This document shows positions 49,665 through 57,748 of a DNA stretch of 64,000 nucleotides, piece by piece. The notes under the pieces were generated by a model. That model did not search any database. It was not told the DNA's origin and worked only from the letters and a program-made list of their open reading frames with translations. The DNA lies in contig JAKAJD010000003.1 in the NCBI GenBank assembly GCA_021813945.1, positions 109,193 to 173,192 on the forward strand. Reading direction: 5' to 3'. The DNA is from a bacterium (GTDB taxonomy: Bacteria; Patescibacteriota; Microgenomatia; Curtissbacterales; GWA2-41-24). The position numbers were made by a program, and so were the translations under genes. Numbering within the stretch: the first letter of the stretch is position 1; each line of letters opens with the position of its first letter.

Positions 49665-52600
49665 ATGGCAATTGATCAAGAAAGAGTAAAAAACCATATT
49701 ATTAGCGCTGAGGTTACCGGCGATACGCTTAGGATTAATGCTGTTCCGCATATAGTAACTGAGTCAGAGGAAAGCCGCAGGAAAAACCGGGACGTTTTGG
49801 CGGACAGGGCAACAATTGCAGGTGCAGCCGAGCGCGGTTTTTTTGGCAGAATGTGGTATGGGTTAACAGAAACTTACCAACGCTTAAGAAGAAGGGATGC
49901 TTTACGGGAACTCCATGATAACGGCAATGACATAAATTTAGGATCAGCAGCACTTGATCGAGCAAAAGATCAGGTCAGGGAAATGGTTGCCCAGGAAAGG
50001 GACGAAATCACCGCCACTGCAATTTCTAGAAATGTTAGCAACGACATAGGTCGTGGTGACATGACTCATGTATTAGATGAGGAAACTGCAGGGACTGAGC
50101 GAGATGAGGAGATTATTCTTTGGGCACGGTCAATTATTTCCGAATACGCGACAGGCCAAATTGACCAAGCCAGGATGCAGGAGCTTTCGGAAAACTTATC
50201 TTGTGAACTACGGGATGCATTGCCGGATCTTTTTGCAAAAACAACGATCGGTTCCGATTTGGTTTATATTGCTGAATCAGCCCGAGATGCATATGTGGCC
50301 AATCAGGAAAGAATTAAAAATTTAGACTTGGATTTGCAGATTTGTTTCGGACGGGTTGATGCCGGTATGGCAACTGCCGAAAAAAGAGATTTTGCAGACA
50401 AGATTGTTGATTGGTCTCAAGGAGGAAGGGCAAGGGCAGTTTTGGTGAACCCTTTTACTATTGGAGCCACCGCAAGTGCGGTAGCTTTTGGTGCTAAAGC
50501 ACCTTTTAAGAGCGTTCCGGTAATTGGTGGTATCGCTGGCGGTGCTTTTGCGGCTGTAAGGCGCTGGTCTAAAGAAAACAAAGATAGGGATTTAAGGATT
50601 AGGGAAGAAGAAATTGGCTATGAGATTCCGGAGCCTGCACAACACGCTGGTGTAGAGAGGGTTCTTTCGGGACTTGTTGGCCAAACAGATTTTAGGAAGA
50701 CTTCTTACCAACCTAGGTCCGCATTAGAAATGAGGGAAGAATTTGAAAGGCTTTCCAGCGCTGATGCTGCGGAAAAGGGAACACAAACATGGCAGGAAAA
50801 CGCTTTAAACTTGCTTGCAGATACTTCTGTTAGACTAGATGTTTCTGATGGCACTGCCGGTTTAATTCGGTATGGTCAAAGGCGTGACGCAAACGGACAA
50901 GTTGAAGTTAGCGGCATTTCAACAATAAACCAGGACAGGCTGGCTTTGATTTTAGCTGCCAGGGAAACTCAAAGGCAGTTAGTCGGCGAAATCGGCCAAA
51001 ACGATTTTGATACTAGGTATGAAGCTGTTGAGAGTCGTATTTTAGAGGAGCTTGAAGGGTGTATCAAAAAAGCAGATTCTAATTTTCATAAAAGTAGGGC
51101 TTTGATGAGTTTTCGTTCGGGCCTATTTGGAGCCGGGGTTGGTATAACGGGCGGATTTGCAATTCATGAAGTAGGGGAAGGAATCGAACATGTTTCCAGA
51201 AGAGTAGCAGATGTATTTCATCAGGCTCATGAACAAAGAGTTGTTACTGACCAGAAGGATGTTTCTCTGGGCCATGGAAATGTGATCAATGCCGATGCTA
51301 CAGCTGCCGGCCATCAAGGTCTACAGGTTGATGTTGCTTCCGGTGTTAATGCCCATTTTGATGCAGCAAAGCACACTCTTTCGGTTGATGTGCCGGCAAA
51401 TGGGGCGGATGCTGCCAAACATTTTGATATTGCTTATCAGCCTGGTATGAATGCAGACGAGATCCATGCTGCACTTGTTAAAGCCGGCCTTGACGGTAAA
51501 GTTGACATTTTACATTCGGCTGGTGTCCCTCATTTAAGTACAGAAGATATTTTAAGGCAGGACTATTTGGCACAGCATCATTTAGTCGATGTCACAAACC
51601 AACCGCACGGGATAGATTTCGGCCACGCACAATTTTTGGGTGATAAGCATGAATACAACGAACTGACGCTCTACCAGCAAGATGCAACGCATTGGTCAAT
51701 GGGCCCGCACGGTTTGGACGGATCGGCCCTTAAACCTTTTGTTTACAAAAATGAGCCTGCATGGCCTGACCCATCTATTGCCGCGAACGCACCAGTTAAC
51801 CCTGATTCATTAGTTGCTTTTTACCAAATAACGGATAGCCACGGCCAGCTTCATACCATTTTGGCACCCCAGAATGGCGGGCATTTTACCTTGCCGCAGG
51901 AGTTTGTTGATCCGGCAACCGGCAAAGTGGACGGAGTTTCCATCATAGGCTACGGCATGGTTAAAGACGCGCATGGAAAATTGATTGACGGAAACCAGGT
52001 TATTGCTCATCCGGAGCTTATGAACGGTGCAACTTTGCATTCGATGGCTTCGGTGCCTTTAGAGCAAAAGGGTCACATGATTTCGCAAAATTTATCCACA
52101 GTCAAAATTTCTGATTTAACCGCACATGTTACAGGGCAACACACGGAAACAGTTGAGGCTTCAAATAAATTTGTTTTTGACATTCCGCCAATTGCAACGC
52201 CTTTTGCGCCAAGGCTGTTTCCTAATATAGCGGAACCTCCAGTACCACCGGAGCCGCCATATTATGCACCAGGCGAAGGTTATCAGAAGTGGATTGAATC
52301 TAGAGATCTAAACCGTACGAAATATATTAAATCTGATTCTGGAATTTGGGTTGATCCTGAGGGCAATCCGGTTGTACGCGATGTGGCGAGAGAAAGGCAA
52401 GAAGTTTCTGATTATTTATCTTCTCAGGAAGATAGTTACAGAGAAGAACTGAATTCTGTTGCTGACAGTTTACCTGAGATGTCAGATGAAGCAAGAGTTG
52501 TAATTTGTATTCCAGCAAGGATGGAAGAAAAGAATATCAAGAGATTGCTTGATATGTATACGAGGCAAGTTGGCCAGGACGGCTTGCCACTTGATCCATC

Positions 52601-54032
52601 TTTATATGAGATAAACATCCTTTCTAATGGACCTGAAGGGGAGCAGATAGACAATACTGTAAAAGTTGTTCAAAAGTTTCATAAAAAACATCCTCAGTTT
52701 AGGGTTGTGGTTATAGACAAAGCGTTTCCCAAAGACAAAGCTAGTGTAGGTTTGGCTAGAAAGTATCTGACCGATTTAGCACTGGTTAGATCACTAAGGA
52801 GAAATGGTCAAGCAGCCCCGCTTTATATCCAGTCTGAGGATGCAGACCTTGTCAATGTTGATCCTAAGACTGTTGTTAGACTAATCGATAAATTTGATGC
52901 AGACCCGGCTATTGATGCATTAAGGGGAAAACAGGACAGGAACCCGGATGTTCTAATGAACAACGACTTATTGTTTTTCCAAAGAAGGCTTTGGGATTTT
53001 GGCGAAATTATGCTAAGGAGTAAAAAGTATAGAGAGGGATCCAAGGGTGATTTTACATGGAATAGAGTAGTAACCGGTGGTTGGAATACAGCGTTTTCTG
53101 CAGAAGTTTACGCGCTAATTGGTGGATACAACGAAAATGCCCGTATTGGTGAAGATATGGATATCGGTAATAAGATTTCTCTAATTAGGGGTGATGCGGG
53201 GGAGCCAAATGTAGAGACTATTAAGACAGTTGCTTCAAGAACTGATTCAAGCCCACGAAGGTTTATAAAGGCAATTGCCGAAAGGACAAATCCTTACGAC
53301 AATTTTGATGATCAAACTTTTAAGAAACTTAAAGATGGAGAGTTATTGGCCAGAATAAGAGCATTTGCAAGAATTTCGGAGGAAAATAAAGGGACTTTTG
53401 AGACTTATGCAACTGGTAATTTAGCCTTTTTGGTCTCTGTTCTGAAAGATCAAGATGAAGCGAATAAATTATTTAGGAGAGTAATGGGTTTTGTGGGCTT
53501 CAGAAATGGTGATTTTGAGATTGAGAATGGACATGTGAAGATTTTAAACATAAATAATTTTAAGGCAAGCGTTAATTCATACAGGGAAAAGAAACAAACG
53601 GAATCGATCAGAAAAGTTGTGAGGAAAGTTTGGCGCAGAGGTTCTAGCACAAAGGAAACGAAAAGAGAAAATACTTTAGGTATGTCGAAGGAGAATTTCG
53701 AGGAAGCAGCTAGGTTTGCGGCAACTAAGAGTTCTGCTGAGCAAGAAAAGAGATCGCTTTATGAATGGATGGTACTCCTTAGTGCTGCAAGAGATCTTGG
53801 TGTCGAATCCGAAGACGATGAAGAATTAGATTATTTGTCGGGTTTTCTTCCAAGTAATCGTGCGGTGAAATTAAGCGGAAAAATGGCTGAAAAAATGACA
53901 AAGCATGCGGCAATTGCGGAAATGTCACGAATGAGTCAAGAACCACCCAAAGTGAGCAAGCTTGCAAATATAGGAAAGAAAGTTGTACAATCCGTGCCTG
54001 TTGCTAAAAAGTTGACCGCTAGAACAAGCTAA
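49665..54032 (+). CDS. giant (1455 aa) multidomain protein: N-terminal helical region, TM hairpin, His-rich middle region, Pro-rich linker and C-terminal GT-A fold glycosyltransferase domain
   Basis: The GT-A motifs are VVICIPARMEE (like xxIIPAYNE), VVVIDKAF, the DXD-like IQSEDADLV, and TGGWNTAFSAEVYALIGGYNENARIGEDMDIGNKI (like GGFDE...GEDxDL). Hydrophobic segments lie at about aa 255-300 and 495-515. Confidence 0.6.
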   Translation: MAIDQERVKNHIISAEVTGDTLRINAVPHIVTESEESRRKNRDVLADRATIAGAAERGFFGRMWYGLTETYQRLRRRDALRELHDNGNDINLGSAALDRAKDQVREMVAQERDEITATAISRNVSNDIGRGDMTHVLDEETAGTERDEEIILWARSIISEYATGQIDQARMQELSENLSCELRDALPDLFAKTTIGSDLVYIAESARDAYVANQERIKNLDLDLQICFGRVDAGMATAEKRDFADKIVDWSQGGRARAVLVNPFTIGATASAVAFGAKAPFKSVPVIGGIAGGAFAAVRRWSKENKDRDLRIREEEIGYEIPEPAQHAGVERVLSGLVGQTDFRKTSYQPRSALEMREEFERLSSADAAEKGTQTWQENALNLLADTSVRLDVSDGTAGLIRYGQRRDANGQVEVSGISTINQDRLALILAARETQRQLVGEIGQNDFDTRYEAVESRILEELEGCIKKADSNFHKSRALMSFRSGLFGAGVGITGGFAIHEVGEGIEHVSRRVADVFHQAHEQRVVTDQKDVSLGHGNVINADATAAGHQGLQVDVASGVNAHFDAAKHTLSVDVPANGADAAKHFDIAYQPGMNADEIHAALVKAGLDGKVDILHSAGVPHLSTEDILRQDYLAQHHLVDVTNQPHGIDFGHAQFLGDKHEYNELTLYQQDATHWSMGPHGLDGSALKPFVYKNEPAWPDPSIAANAPVNPDSLVAFYQITDSHGQLHTILAPQNGGHFTLPQEFVDPATGKVDGVSIIGYGMVKDAHGKLIDGNQVIAHPELMNGATLHSMASVPLEQKGHMISQNLSTVKISDLTAHVTGQHTETVEASNKFVFDIPPIATPFAPRLFPNIAEPPVPPEPPYYAPGEGYQKWIESRDLNRTKYIKSDSGIWVDPEGNPVVRDVARERQEVSDYLSSQEDSYREELNSVADSLPEMSDEARVVICIPARMEEKNIKRLLDMYTRQVGQDGLPLDPSLYEINILSNGPEGEQIDNTVKVVQKFHKKHPQFRVVVIDKAFPKDKASVGLARKYLTDLALVRSLRRNGQAAPLYIQSEDADLVNVDPKTVVRLIDKFDADPAIDALRGKQDRNPDVLMNNDLLFFQRRLWDFGEIMLRSKKYREGSKGDFTWNRVVTGGWNTAFSAEVYALIGGYNENARIGEDMDIGNKISLIRGDAGEPNVETIKTVASRTDSSPRRFIKAIAERTNPYDNFDDQTFKKLKDGELLARIRAFARISEENKGTFETYATGNLAFLVSVLKDQDEANKLFRRVMGFVGFRNGDFEIENGHVKILNINNFKASVNSYREKKQTESIRKVVRKVWRRGSSTKETKRENTLGMSKENFEEAARFAATKSSAEQEKRSLYEWMVLLSAARDLGVESEDDEELDYLSGFLPSNRAVKLSGKMAEKMTKHAAIAEMSRMSQEPPKVSKLANIGKKVVQSVPVAKKLTARTS

Positions 54033-54051
54033 AATTCGACAGAAGATTAAT

Positions 54052-54669
54052 ATGGCTATTTATAAAAAATCAAAAAAGGAACCAGATATGCTCAATTTAG
54101 TTAAATTTGGCTGGAAGGCCGGATCAACTATAGTTGTTGCCATCCTGGTTTTTGGGAGCGTTATATTCCTACTTTCTAAAAACGCTTCTGCTTCGGAAAC
54201 TGTAACCCAAACCCGAACACAAACGCAGACCCAAACACAAGAGTCTTGTGACAGCGACAATGATAACGGTACTGACCCAAGCGATGATGTTTGTCCGACA
54301 CCAACACCAACACCGTCAGCAACACCGAGTCCTACTCCTACTCCTACTCCTACCCCAACTCCGACGCCAAGTCCAAATGTAGGTGGACAAAGCCAGAGCC
54401 AAAACCAAACACAGAACAATAATCAAACCGTTAATGTGACTGTTGTTAACCCAACTCCTACACCAAGAGGCGCAACCCAGACTTCAACTGTCAAAAAATC
54501 ACCTGAAACTGGTCCATCAGTACTTTCGATGGTAACGATGTTTGGCATTTTGCCTTTGGGGTTTTTGCTTGCAAGATACCAACTGGGAAAGCGAAGAATA
54601 GTGCCGGAGGAAATTAGTCTTTCAACATTTGGAAACCGATTGGTCGGAAAGAGGTCAAAGAGGGCGTAA
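54052..54669 (+). CDS. TP/TQ-repeat cell-surface protein with an N-terminal TM/signal anchor and a C-terminal SPETG + hydrophobic + KRR sorting-signal-like segment
   Basis: TQTRTQTQTQTQ..PTPTPTPSATPSPTPTPTPTPTPTPSP low-complexity linker. The C-terminus reads KKSPETGPSVLSMVTMFGILPLGFLLARYQLGKRR. Confidence 0.55.
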   Translation: MAIYKKSKKEPDMLNLVKFGWKAGSTIVVAILVFGSVIFLLSKNASASETVTQTRTQTQTQTQESCDSDNDNGTDPSDDVCPTPTPTPSATPSPTPTPTPTPTPTPSPNVGGQSQSQNQTQNNNQTVNVTVVNPTPTPRGATQTSTVKKSPETGPSVLSMVTMFGILPLGFLLARYQLGKRRIVPEEISLSTFGNRLVGKRSKRA

Positions 54670-54804
54670 GAAGGAGCCTTCCCCCAAGTAACGGGGCGAG
54701 GAGGCGCAAGGGGCGTATGAGTTACATACGACCTTTTAATGGGAGCATGTGTAGGGCAGGCATGTGCTCCCTTTAAAGGGGTTTACCGGATAAGATAACT
54801 GTTA

Positions 54805-54833
54805 TTGACAAAAGGTTTTTTTGAGGATAGAAT
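54805..54833 (+). promoter_or_regulatory. sigma70-like promoter TTGACA-17-TAGAAT upstream of rho
   Basis: TTGACA at 54805-54810. TAGAAT at 54828-54833. Confidence 0.4.
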
Positions 54834-54902
54834 CGTTTTGGCTCCTGATGTAAGTTCCCAAAACAAGTGAGGGAAAGTTTTTCGAAAATAGTATTGTAAT
54901 TT

Positions 54903-56228
54903 ATGCCAACTAAAGTTTCTGTGAAAGTTAAAAGCAAGGACGATGCACCAGCTATTGGTGAGGTACAGCCAGTGGAGGAGACGATGACAAGTTCGGTTAT
55001 TGATTTAAGATCCAAACCATATTCGCGACCAGACAATGGACAAGACGATCCAAGGCGAGGTAGGTCTTATCAAAATTATGACGACAGAGATGAAGAATAC
55101 CAAGGCGGACGCGATGTCCCAAGCATGGAAGTTAAAGGAATTTTGGACATTATGGGAGACGGCCATGGATTTTTAAGGCCAAAGTTTAGGCCTTCGGACG
55201 AGGACGTCTATATTTCCGCATCGCAAATCCGCAAATTTATGCTGAGGCCTGGTGATGATGTCATTGGTCTTGGCAGGCCTCCCAAGGAAAGCGAAAGATA
55301 CTACGGACTTTTAAAGGTTGTTAATGTTAATGGGGTAGATGCCGAAAAGCAGGAAAAAAGGCCAAAATTTGAACAGCTGACCCCAATTTATCCTAATGAA
55401 AGATTAAAGCTGGAAACAGGCAAAACGCCGCTTTCAACCAGAATGATCGATATTATTGCCCCGATCGGTAAAGGTCAACGAGGAATGGTAGTTTCGCCGC
55501 CAAAAGCAGGAAAAACTACGGTTTTAAAAGACATTGCCAGGGGAATTTCCGATAACTTTCCAAAAGTGCATTTGATGGCAGCTTTAATTGGCGAGCGGCC
55601 GGAAGAGGTTACGGATATTTCCAGATCGGTAAAAGGTGAGGTTATTGCTTCCAACTTTGACGAGCCGGCCGAATACCAAACAAGGGTTGCCGAGATTGCT
55701 TTGGAGCGAGCTAAAAGACTGGTTGAGAGAGGGCAGGATGTTGTCATTCTTTTGGATTCAATTACCAGGTTAGCAAGGGCTTACAATTTGTCAGTTCCGC
55801 CATCAGGGCGAACTTTAACCGGAGGTTTTGACCCGGCAGCATTGTATCCGCCAAAGCGCTTTTTCGGTGCAGCCAGAAATTGCGAAGAAGGCGGATCATT
55901 AACAATAATCGGCACAGCTCTTATCGACACAGGTTCCAGAATGGACGATTTGATTTATGAAGAGTTTAAAGGGACGGGCAATATGGAGTTGCACTTGGAC
56001 AGAAAACTGGCCGAACGCAGAATTTATCCATCTATCGATGTTGAAAGATCTTCTACAAGACAAGAGCAACTGCTTTTTTCGGAAACAGACTACAAGAAGG
56101 TTGTTACCATGAGAAGGATGATTTCGGTTCTAAACCCGGACGAGCGAACAGAGATTTTAATAGACAGGCTTTCCAAAACTGCTTCCAATGCCGAATTTTT
56201 GGATGGGTTGGCAAAAGATATCAAGTAA
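54903..56228 (+). CDS. rho: transcription termination factor Rho (with a low-complexity D/R/G-rich N-terminal extension)
   Basis: DGHGFLRP in the RNA-binding domain, Walker A PKAGKTT, and the DSITRLARAYN motif. Confidence 0.9.
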   Translation: MPTKVSVKVKSKDDAPAIGEVQPVEETMTSSVIDLRSKPYSRPDNGQDDPRRGRSYQNYDDRDEEYQGGRDVPSMEVKGILDIMGDGHGFLRPKFRPSDEDVYISASQIRKFMLRPGDDVIGLGRPPKESERYYGLLKVVNVNGVDAEKQEKRPKFEQLTPIYPNERLKLETGKTPLSTRMIDIIAPIGKGQRGMVVSPPKAGKTTVLKDIARGISDNFPKVHLMAALIGERPEEVTDISRSVKGEVIASNFDEPAEYQTRVAEIALERAKRLVERGQDVVILLDSITRLARAYNLSVPPSGRTLTGGFDPAALYPPKRFFGAARNCEEGGSLTIIGTALIDTGSRMDDLIYEEFKGTGNMELHLDRKLAERRIYPSIDVERSSTRQEQLLFSETDYKKVVTMRRMISVLNPDERTEILIDRLSKTASNAEFLDGLAKDIK

Positions 56229-56254
56229 CGTTTCCACTTAAACTATCGCTATCT

Positions 56255-56306
56255 CAAGGTCAGGTCTTCTGCCTTGTGTCAGCAAATGTTAAGGCCTGAC
56301 CTTTGT
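56255..56306. repeat. REP-like element (aaggtcagg ... cctgacctt inverted pair)
   Basis: Begins 27 nt after the rho stop. Shares the 14-mer tatctcaaggtcag with the element at 57597. Confidence 0.55.
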
Positions 56307-56332
56307 AAAAAGGTTGACGTACCTCCAGGCGG

Positions 56333-56383
56333 TTAAGGCCAGGCCTTAACCAAGATTCGCCCAGGCAAAGGCCTGGCCTTTTT
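56333..56383. repeat. REP doublet (ttaaggccaggccttaa ... aaaggcctggccttttt), terminator-like
   Basis: Two inverted GGCC(A/T)GGCC palindromes 20 nt apart. The second is followed by a T run. Confidence 0.6.
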
Positions 56384-56446
56384 GCTGCTTTCGGTTTTGA
56401 AAATCGCACTTTTTCTGGTAGTATGTGATGTTGGAGCCGACTGCAA

Positions 56447-57559
56447 ATGGACCAACGCCCCTTAATCTCTGAGTTTTTTTCTTTTATACGAGACCTGTTT
56501 TTTTATATTACCCACAGGCTTCATAAGACTGGTCTAAATTTCGAAAAGGTCAAAAATTTTGTAGTGGATATGCTCATGGTAAGACGAGGGGCCAACACTT
56601 CGCTTTTTGTGCACTTTTCAATTTTAGGTTTGGCGGCAGTTGTTCTTATCGGAGGAGGCGTATTTTCTTCAAGCTCTGTAGTTTCAGGTTCTTACCCGGG
56701 AGTTGCGGTAAACCCGCTGGTTGCCTCGTCTTCCGAGGAAGCAACTGCTCAAGGTGTAATCACCTCGACTATTACGCCAGTTACGATAGTTTCCGATAAG
56801 CCCAGAGACAAGATAATTGACTACGAAGTAAAAAGCGGGGACACGATTGCATCTATTGCCCGGGACTGGGGTGTTTCGCAGGAAACCATTATGTGGGCTA
56901 ATGACTTTTCTTCTAACAGCCGTCTGACGATTGGCCAAAAGGTTAAAATACTGCCGGTTTCCGGAGTTTCGCATACGGTAGTTTCCGGAGATACAATTTA
57001 TACGATAGCCACAAAATACCGCGCCAGTGCACAAGCTATTATTGATTTCCCATTTAATGATATCGGTGACGATTTCCAGCTCCATGCGGGTGATGTTTTA
57101 ATTGTTCCCGACGGTGCTCCACCGGCACAGGCTAAGCCGGCGCCAACTCAATATATCGCTCCTGACCAGCTTAATATTCCAATTGAGCAGCTGGGGAGTG
57201 CTCAGTTTATCTGGCCTGCGGCTGGAACGATTACACAGTACTTTTCCTGGTACCATCCGGGAGTTGATATTGCCAATTTGGCGGGAGGGGCTATTCGGGC
57301 TTCCGATTCTGGAACGATAGTTCATGCCGGCTGGGATTCTTCCGGTTACGGGAATATGATACTAATTGATCATGGCAACGGTTTTGAAACCAGGTACGGT
57401 CATCTTTCCGTAATTTATGTGTCGGTAGGGCAAAAAGTCGGAAAAGGTGATGTTTTGGGAATGATGGGTTCTACCGGAAGGTCAACAGGGACACATTTGC
57501 ACTTCGAGATTTACAAAGGCGGAGCAAGGTATAATCCGTTGTCGTTTTTGGGGAAATAA
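56447..57559 (+). CDS. LysM (x2) + M23 family metallopeptidase, membrane-anchored
   Basis: YEVKSGDTIASIA and HTVVSGDTIYTIA LysM motifs. M23 HPGVDIA...GYGNMILIDHGNGFETRYGHL...GSTGRSTGTHLHFEI. Confidence 0.85.
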   Translation: MDQRPLISEFFSFIRDLFFYITHRLHKTGLNFEKVKNFVVDMLMVRRGANTSLFVHFSILGLAAVVLIGGGVFSSSSVVSGSYPGVAVNPLVASSSEEATAQGVITSTITPVTIVSDKPRDKIIDYEVKSGDTIASIARDWGVSQETIMWANDFSSNSRLTIGQKVKILPVSGVSHTVVSGDTIYTIATKYRASAQAIIDFPFNDIGDDFQLHAGDVLIVPDGAPPAQAKPAPTQYIAPDQLNIPIEQLGSAQFIWPAAGTITQYFSWYHPGVDIANLAGGAIRASDSGTIVHAGWDSSGYGNMILIDHGNGFETRYGHLSVIYVSVGQKVGKGDVLGMMGSTGRSTGTHLHFEIYKGGARYNPLSFLGK

Positions 57560-57649
57560 ACTACCGCTTTAGGTGTTATCAAATTAACAAGTTATTATCT
57601 CAAGGTCAGATCTGTGTAAATCGGTACAGTTTTAGAATCAGGCATTGGG

Positions 57650-57706
57650 GGTTAAGGGCAGGCCTTAACCTGGGAAATTGCGGAACAAAGGCCTGCCCTT
57701 TACTAA
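57650..57706. repeat. REP doublet (ttaagggcaggccttaacc ... aaaggcctgcccttt)
   Basis: Perfect 13-bp complementary arms aagggcaggcctt / aaggcctgccctt, 22 nt apart. Confidence 0.6.
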
Positions 57707-57748
57707 GATCTAGAATCTTTTGACCGACATCTACTATACTTTCTTTTA

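Noticed and set aside
54060-54419. A minus-strand ORF encoding GVGVGVGVGV, antisense to the TP-repeat protein.
   Set aside because: It is the reverse-complement reading of the (ACNCCN)n repeat. The sense strand has a signal anchor and sorting tail, so the antisense ORF is spurious.
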